This document shows positions 58,554-64,000 of a DNA stretch of 64,000 bases, in pieces. A model generated the notes under the pieces. It saw nothing but the letters and a program-made list of their open reading frames with translations. It ran no database searches and had not been told where the DNA came from. This stretch comes from an uncultured Candidatus Rokubacteria bacterium. GTDB taxonomy: Bacteria; Methylomirabilota; Methylomirabilia; Rokubacteriales; DASRDR01. Position numbers and translations under genes: made by a program. The stretch covers positions 416,001 through 480,000 of the forward strand of contig CAWDVE010000010.1 in the NCBI GenBank assembly GCA_963805625.1. Direction: 5' to 3'. Positions within the stretch are counted from its first letter, which is position 1. Each line of letters starts with the position of its first letter.

Positions 58554-59738
58554 TCAGACCCCCGGCAGCGCCGGCTGCTCGCCGCGGCCCGCGACGTCCT
58601 CGATCTTTCCTTCGAGCCTCGCGAGGGAGGTCGCCGTCTCGTCGTACTTGTTCTTCGCGTTGGTGATGTGGCGCCCCAGCGTGTCGAAGTGCTCCCGGAG
58701 GCGCGCGGCATCGGCCTGGAGCCGCCCGAGGACGGCGAGGATCTCACGGGCGTTCTGCTCGATGCGGAGGCCACGCAGGCCCAGCAGGATCACCTGGAGG
58801 TACGCGTAGAAGGAGTTGGGCGATACGGGCACGACGCGGCGCCCGAGCGAGTAGCCGAGCAGCGAGTCTTCCCCCGCTTCGTCCCGGAGGATCAGCTCGT
58901 AGTACACGTTCTCGGCGGGGATGTACATGAGCGCGAAGTCGAAGGTGTTCTCGTCGGGCACGATGTACTTCCGGGCAATCTCGTCGACACGATTCCGGAC
59001 ATCCTTCAGGAAGGCCCGTCGCGCCTGGGGGCGCCGCTCCTCCTCGGGCTCCTCGACCATGCGCCGGAAGTTCTCGAGCGGAAACTTCGAGTCCACCGGC
59101 ACCAGGCGGCCGGCCACGACAATGGCCGCGTCGACCTTGTCGCCGCTCCGGAAGGTGTGCTGGAGGCGATACGAATCGGCGGGCAGGATCTCCGCCAGCA
59201 GGCGCTCGAGGAGGGTCTCGCCGAAGCCCCCGCGGATCTTCGGGGCGCGGAGGATCTGCTCGAGCCCGGAGATGTCCCGGCCGACCTGCTCCATGCGGCG
59301 CGTCGCCTCGCCGAGGGCGCCCAGCTGGCCGTGCACCTCGGTCACGGCCCGCGAGGCCTCCTCGAGGCGCTGGCCCATCGTTTTCTGGGCGTCCTGCATG
59401 AGCGCCATGCCGTCCTGGAGGCGGCGGTTCACCTCGGCCGTCACCTGCTGGAGCTCCATCGCGACGGCGCTCTGGAGCTGTCCGAGGCGCTCCCCGACGT
59501 GCCCGCCGAAGCGCGTCACATCCTCGTGCACGGCAGCCAGCGTGGCGTCCTGGCCGCGGCGGCTCTCGCCGCGGACGCTCGCGATCTCGCGTTGGAGGAC
59601 CTCGAGCGCGGCGTCCAGGCGGTCCGCGCCGGGAGACTGGCGTGCGCGGCCGGCCAGGACCACGAGGCCCCAGACCACGGCGCCGAGGACGACCAGCGCG
59701 GCGAGCGCGAGGAGGACGATGAGGGGTGCGTCGGTCAT
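58554..59738 (-). CDS. rmuC: DNA recombination protein RmuC
   Basis: N-terminal TM, coiled coil, KIRGGFGE, PVDSKFP, DFALMYIPAE. Confidence 0.93.
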   Translation of the reverse strand: MTDAPLIVLLALAALVVLGAVVWGLVVLAGRARQSPGADRLDAALEVLQREIASVRGESRRGQDATLAAVHEDVTRFGGHVGERLGQLQSAVAMELQQVTAEVNRRLQDGMALMQDAQKTMGQRLEEASRAVTEVHGQLGALGEATRRMEQVGRDISGLEQILRAPKIRGGFGETLLERLLAEILPADSYRLQHTFRSGDKVDAAIVVAGRLVPVDSKFPLENFRRMVEEPEEERRPQARRAFLKDVRNRVDEIARKYIVPDENTFDFALMYIPAENVYYELILRDEAGEDSLLGYSLGRRVVPVSPNSFYAYLQVILLGLRGLRIEQNAREILAVLGRLQADAARLREHFDTLGRHITNAKNKYDETATSLARLEGKIEDVAGRGEQPALPGV

Positions 59739-59742
59739 CGAC

Positions 59743-60618
59743 CTACCAGTGGCGACAGACCGGGCGGAGCTGGCAGTCGGGGCACGCCCGTGTGTCGCGG
59801 CGGTCGAGACAGTCGCCGCTCATCCGCGTGTGACAAAGGGCGAAGTCGTACTTCACCGGGTCGGCCGGATCGAGCCGGCGGAGCGTTCCGGTGATGTCGG
59901 CCGACATGCGCCCCGTTCGCGTCCGGAGCCGCGTGAGCCGGATCGCGTGAGCCATGTTCGCGATGTGGGTGTCGAGCGGGATCAGGAGCTTCGACGGCGA
60001 GACCTCCCGCCAGTCTCCGAAGTCTGGCGGCTCCCGGCGAATCATCCACCGGAGGAAGAGATGCCAGCGCTTGCAGGCGCCCCCCGTGGCCGGATCCGGA
60101 AACAGGTGGCGGAAGCCACGCGTCGGGCGCGTCATGCCGACCGGCCGGAAGTCCTGCTCGAGGATCGAGACGGCGAAGCGGTGGAGCGCCGGCCGCACGT
60201 CGGCCTCGTGGGGTGAGTATCCGGCCGCGAACGCCGCCCGGAGAGAGCCGTGGCGGGCGATCAGCCGGTGAATGGCCAGGACCGCGGCCGCGACGTCGCG
60301 TCCTCGCGTGAACCGGTAGTGGAACGGCGCGAAGCGCGCAGCATCGCGCGCGGGGTCGAATGCCTCGACGAAGGCTCGGGGGGACGGGCCGAGCCAACCC
60401 AGGAGCCGAACTAGCCAGGCGCCGAAGAGCGAGACGCGCCCGTAAGCGAGGCACGCCGAAAGGAGCGCGACGATCTCGCGGTCCAGCGGATTCTCGTAGC
60501 GGGCGGGATACTGGATGGCGTCGCTGCCGATGCGCGCATCGTAGTCGTACCGGCGATACAGGCGCTCGAGCGGCCCACGAAGCCGCGCCGCGCGCGCCGC
60601 GCTGATCCCCCGCGCCAT
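59743..60618 (-). CDS. TIGR02757/DUF2400 family protein
   Basis: ACLAYG, ACKRWHLFLRWMIR, IPLDTH, DPVKYDFAL. Confidence 0.88.
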   Translation of the reverse strand: MARGISAARAARLRGPLERLYRRYDYDARIGSDAIQYPARYENPLDREIVALLSACLAYGRVSLFGAWLVRLLGWLGPSPRAFVEAFDPARDAARFAPFHYRFTRGRDVAAAVLAIHRLIARHGSLRAAFAAGYSPHEADVRPALHRFAVSILEQDFRPVGMTRPTRGFRHLFPDPATGGACKRWHLFLRWMIRREPPDFGDWREVSPSKLLIPLDTHIANMAHAIRLTRLRTRTGRMSADITGTLRRLDPADPVKYDFALCHTRMSGDCLDRRDTRACPDCQLRPVCRHW

Positions 60619-60681
60619 CGCGCCGAAGAATAGCATGCCGCCGCCTTGATTTCGCGAAGAGGCGTTGCTACGGTGGCGCGC

Positions 60682-61491
60682 ATGCCGCACCCGGCGCGTC
60701 GCATCGGCATACTCGGGTTGGGCGCGATCGGACGGCCCGTCGCGCGGGCGCTCGCGGCAGGGATGCCGGGTCTGACGCTCGTCGGGGCGACCAGCCGCGG
60801 TGCCGGCCGGGCGCGCGAATTCCTGGCCAGCCTTCCGGGGGCGCCTCCCCTCCTTCCGTTCGGAGACCTTCTCGACCGCGCTGACGTCGTCGTGGAGGCC
60901 GCCACGCAGGCCGTCCTCGTCGACCTCGCGCCTGCGGTCCTGGAGGCGGGGCGCGACCTAGTGGTGCTTTCCGTCGGGGCGCTGCTCGATCACCCCGAGT
61001 GGGTCGACCGGGCGGCGGCGCGGGGCGTGCGGATCCACGCGCCCTCGGCGGCCATCGCGGGCCTCGACGGGCTGAAGGGCGCCGCCGTGGACGGGCATCT
61101 CGACACCGTCGTGATGGAGACGCGGAAGCCCCCGCGCGGACTGGCCGGGGCGCCGGGCGTGGCCGGGATCGACCTCACGGCGATCACGGTATCGACGCTC
61201 GTCTTCGAGGGCACCGCCCGCGAGGCGTGTCGCGCGTTCCCCGCCAACGTGAACGTGGTGGCAGCTGTGTCCCTGGCCGGGATCGGCCCCGACCGCACCT
61301 GCATCCGGATTCACGCCGACCCGTCGGTCGACCGGAACCGCCACACGGTGACGGCGGAGGGTGCGTTCGGCAGACTCAGGATCGAGATCGAGAACGTGCC
61401 GTCCGAGAACCCCCGCACGGGCAAGCTCGCCTACCTGTCGACGATCGCCTACCTCCACGGACTCGGAGCGCCCATCCGCATCGGGACGTAA
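60682..61491 (+). CDS. nadX: L-aspartate dehydrogenase-like
   Basis: GLGAIG, VVEAA, SVGAL, GLDGL, TRKPP, FPANVNV, NPRTG. Confidence 0.82.
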   Translation: MPHPARRIGILGLGAIGRPVARALAAGMPGLTLVGATSRGAGRAREFLASLPGAPPLLPFGDLLDRADVVVEAATQAVLVDLAPAVLEAGRDLVVLSVGALLDHPEWVDRAAARGVRIHAPSAAIAGLDGLKGAAVDGHLDTVVMETRKPPRGLAGAPGVAGIDLTAITVSTLVFEGTAREACRAFPANVNVVAAVSLAGIGPDRTCIRIHADPSVDRNRHTVTAEGAFGRLRIEIENVPSENPRTGKLAYLSTIAYLHGLGAPIRIGT

Positions 61492-61542
61492 CGGGGCCGC
61501 GCCGTGGGCCCCGGCCCCGCTACGGCGATGTCCCAGGGGGTC

Positions 61543-61960
61543 TTACTTCGACTTGGTGAGCTGGTTCGACACTCTCCGGGCGCCATCCTTCGTCTCGCCC
61601 TGCCAGTTCCACACCCACCCGGTGTCGCTCTCGTGGAACGTCATCTTGCCCTGTGACTTGGCCGCGTCGTAGAGCACGCCGCCATCGACGATCTTCATCG
61701 TGCCCGGGAGCCTGAGTCGCGTTCGGCCTCCGGTCCGCGATCCAGAATGATCCATTTTCTTGGATCATCCCCTCGATTTCCGACGAGAGCTCGCCCTGGA
61801 CGTCGGTCTTCCCTATCCAGTGGCCGGCCAGCAGCTTGAAGTCCCCCTCCTTCATGGCCCGGGCCGGCCCGGCTGTCGGTGCCGCGGCGCAACCCGCGAT
61901 CACGGCCGCCAGGACCAGCACTCCGACGCCTCGACCCGAGAACCAGCGAATACCTGCCAT
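61543..61960 (-). pseudogene. Frameshifted lipoprotein
   Basis: Lipobox IAGC in ORF 61520..61960; protein-like continuation TMKIVDGGVLY...LTKSK in the frame of ORF 61543..61755; one extra base near 61703-61709. Confidence 0.65.
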
Positions 61961-62211
61961 CGACGCGCTCCTTTCCCTACCTCTCCGACACGGCCCCAGA
62001 AACGAGACCGTGGGTTCGATTACGGGAGAACAGTCAGTGGCCCGGGGGATCCGGCCATGGATCCACCGTGCCTCGTGACGATATCTACCGACCGACTGTC
62101 CCGTCGGTCCGCTGCCTCACCCTCCCATCGGAGTCATCACAGTTCTCGGATCACATCGGTGCCACAAGCGCCGCTCGATGTGTCCAGGTCCAGGCGCGGG
62201 AGCTCCCTGCG

Positions 62212-63141
62212 CTAGTGGGCCTCGGCCTCGAGGAAGCGCTCGGCGTCGATCGCCGCCATGCAGCCGGTGCCGGCGGCCGTCACCGCCTGGCGATAGACGT
62301 GGTCGGCGACGTCGCCGGCCGCGAAGACTCCGGGCACGTTCGTACGAGTCGACCCTGATTCCGTGACGAGGTACCCGGTCGCATCCATCTCCAGCTGGCC
62401 GGCAAAGAGCTGCGTGTTCGGCGTGTGGCCGATGGCCACGAACACGCCGCCGGCTGGGAGCTCCTCCGCCTTGGCACTGTCCGGATCGCGAAGCCGGATG
62501 CCGGTGACCCGGTCGGTGCCGAGAATCTCCTCGACCACGCGGTTGAGCGCCCAGGCGATCTTCGGGTTCCGACGCGCCCGGTCCTGCATGATCTTGGACG
62601 CTCTCAGCGTATCCCGCCGGTGGACGATCGTCACCTTGCTGGCGAACTTCGTCAGGAACGTGGCCTCTTCCATCGCGGAATCGCCTCCCCCCACGACGAC
62701 CAGCTCCTGGCCCTTGAAGAAGAAGCCATCGCAGGTCGCGCAGGTGGACAGGCCGCGCCCCAGGAGACGCCGCTCGGACTCGAGGCCGAGGAGGCGCGCG
62801 GAGGCCCCGGTGGCGATGACGAGCGCGCGCGCCCGCCACGTCCGCTCGGCCGTCTTGACCGCGAAGGGGCGGGTCGAGAGGTCGACCCCGACCACGTCGT
62901 CGTCGATGAACTCGGTGCCGAACCGCTCCGCCTGCTTGCGCATGACGTCCATAAGCTCGGGTCCCAGGATCGCCTCGGCGAAACCGGGGTAGTTCTCGAC
63001 CTCCGACGTGAGAGTCAGCTGACCCCCCGGCTGGCTCCCGGCCACGATCAGCGGCGTGAGGTTCGCTCGCCCCGCATAGATCGCGGCGGTCAGCCCGGCC
63101 GGCCCCGACCCGACGATGATCACGTTCCGGACGTCAGTCAC
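62212..63141 (-). CDS. trxB: Thioredoxin-disulfide reductase
   Basis: [29 protein letters not shown]; GTG start with GGAGG SD. Confidence 0.97.
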   Translation of the reverse strand: MTDVRNVIIVGSGPAGLTAAIYAGRANLTPLIVAGSQPGGQLTLTSEVENYPGFAEAILGPELMDVMRKQAERFGTEFIDDDVVGVDLSTRPFAVKTAERTWRARALVIATGASARLLGLESERRLLGRGLSTCATCDGFFFKGQELVVVGGGDSAMEEATFLTKFASKVTIVHRRDTLRASKIMQDRARRNPKIAWALNRVVEEILGTDRVTGIRLRDPDSAKAEELPAGGVFVAIGHTPNTQLFAGQLEMDATGYLVTESGSTRTNVPGVFAAGDVADHVYRQAVTAAGTGCMAAIDAERFLEAEAH

Positions 63142-63206
63142 AGCCGATCCTCCGTCCATGAGACGGTCGTGTCCGTTGCCAGGATGCTCCAAAGGCCGCC
63201 GGAAGC

Positions 63207-63239
63207 GAAACGGCCCCGAGGATGGGCTCCCCGGGGCCG
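63207..63239 (-). terminator. Intrinsic terminator after the csp gene
   Basis: CGGCCCCG/CGGGGCCG stem (63211-63239) followed by TTTC on the minus strand. Confidence 0.6.
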
Positions 63240-63258
63240 GCCTGGATCCTGGGCGAGG

Positions 63259-63462
63259 CTACTTCTTGACGACGTTGGCCGCCTGTTTGCCCTTGGGGCC
63301 ATCGACGACGTCGAATTCGACGGCTTGGCCCTCGGCAAGGGTGCGGAACCCGCTGCCATCGACCGCAGAGTAGTGGACGAAGACGTCCTCCTTGCCAGGG
63401 CGCTCGATGAACCCGTACCCTTTCGCGTCGTTGAACCACTTCACCACCCCGGTCTCACGCAT
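63259..63462 (-). CDS. Cold-shock protein
   Basis: [22 protein letters not shown]. Confidence 0.98.
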   Translation of the reverse strand: MRETGVVKWFNDAKGYGFIERPGKEDVFVHYSAVDGSGFRTLAEGQAVEFDVVDGPKGKQAANVVKK

Positions 63463-63585
63463 GCTTCGCTCTCCTCCTGTGGTGCTCGGGACCGACGGCC
63501 AACCAGGCGCCGCGGGGGGCCGGGTGCCCCTGCGGCCGGAGCGTCACTCACCGCTCGCGGCTTTCCCCCCGGCAATCGCGGCAGA

Positions 63586-63615
63586 ACACTAACGAAATGC
63601 CGCCCGGGGCGTCAA
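63586..63615 (-). promoter_or_regulatory. Promoter of the csp gene with a long (~115 nt) 5' UTR
   Basis: TTGACG (63615-63610), 18 nt spacer, TAGTGT (63591-63586). Confidence 0.55.
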
Positions 63616-64000
63616 GAACCTTTTGGATGGGTCTCCAGGGCGGGCCGGAGGTCGGAAAGGCCGGCAAGGTCGAGATCCGGCACAGGAAGTCCGGGAGGCA
63701 AGGGCGCCCGGGCCGGGTTGAGCCAGGCCGCCGCCATGCCCACTCCCTTGGCGCCGGCCACGTCGATTTCCGGCCGGTCACCGACGAAGAGGCACTCCCC
63801 GGCCCCGACCCCCATCTCGGCCAGGGCCCGCTGGAAGATATCGGGGCGCGGTTTCCGCCAGCCCACGGTGTCCGACACGACCACAGTCTCGAAGCGGCCG
63901 AGGATGCCACTCTCCGCGAGGATGCGCTGGACGGTCGGCGTGTAATCGAAGTTTGATACGACCGCGAGACGGTACCGGCCCCTCAGCCAGTCGAGGAGCG
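63612..64000 (-). CDS. HAD family hydrolase (5' end outside the window)
   Basis: LAVVSNFD...GWRKPRPDIF...FVGDRPEIDVAGA. Confidence 0.9.
   Translation of the reverse strand, partial: LLDWLRGRYRLAVVSNFDYTPTVQRILAESGILGRFETVVVSDTVGWRKPRPDIFQRALAEMGVGAGECLFVGDRPEIDVAGAKGVGMAAAWLNPARAPLPPGLPVPDLDLAGLSDLRPALETHPKGS

Noticed and set aside
62008-62026. GGTTCGA resembling a tRNA T-loop
   Set aside because: The T-stem does not pair in tRNA register, and there is no acceptor, D or anticodon arm

Overview
Very GC-rich (roughly 70% by eye), gene-dense bacterial core-genome window with about 60 CDS. I found no tRNA, rRNA, CRISPR array or recognisable IS. Gene content (Kdo/LPS genes, class II RNR, a UGA-containing peroxiredoxin) and style suggest a diderm such as Ca. 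Rokubacteria/Methylomirabilota; that assignment is inference only. Order: kdsD(partial)-kdsA-Cys/His-rich secreted protein-pyrG-CBS-like/tRNA nucleotidyltransferase-xerD-dtd-murJ (minus); rpsT (plus); holA-lptE-leuS-uvrC-uvrB-HNH-proline dehydrogenase-ppx/gppA-hybrid kinase-cyt c-permease-nrdJ (minus); TetR plus RND/TolC/MacAB-type efflux cluster (plus); VOC, DUF4149, nth, GH99-like; then a long, mostly minus-strand run (amidohydrolase, SDR, NUDIX, hydrolase, methyltransferase, nfo, selenoperoxiredoxin, UPF0282 MBL, YbaK, ATL, ABC exporter pair, suhB, DUF2889, DUF1285-like, AmrB, M20 peptidase, GroES-like, rmuC, TIGR02757, Asp dehydrogenase, frameshifted lipoprotein, trxB, csp, HAD). Most notable: an orphan, divergent GroES-fold protein; a hybrid kinase with the phospho-His segment cleanly deleted and coupled to ppx/gppA; a Sec-recoded peroxiredoxin with nfo apparently reinitiating at a CTG; many leaderless-type promoters; an unassigned structured intergenic element; and a Spy/CpxP-like insert in a MacA adaptor. 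All family assignments come from motif recognition by eye, not database searches.
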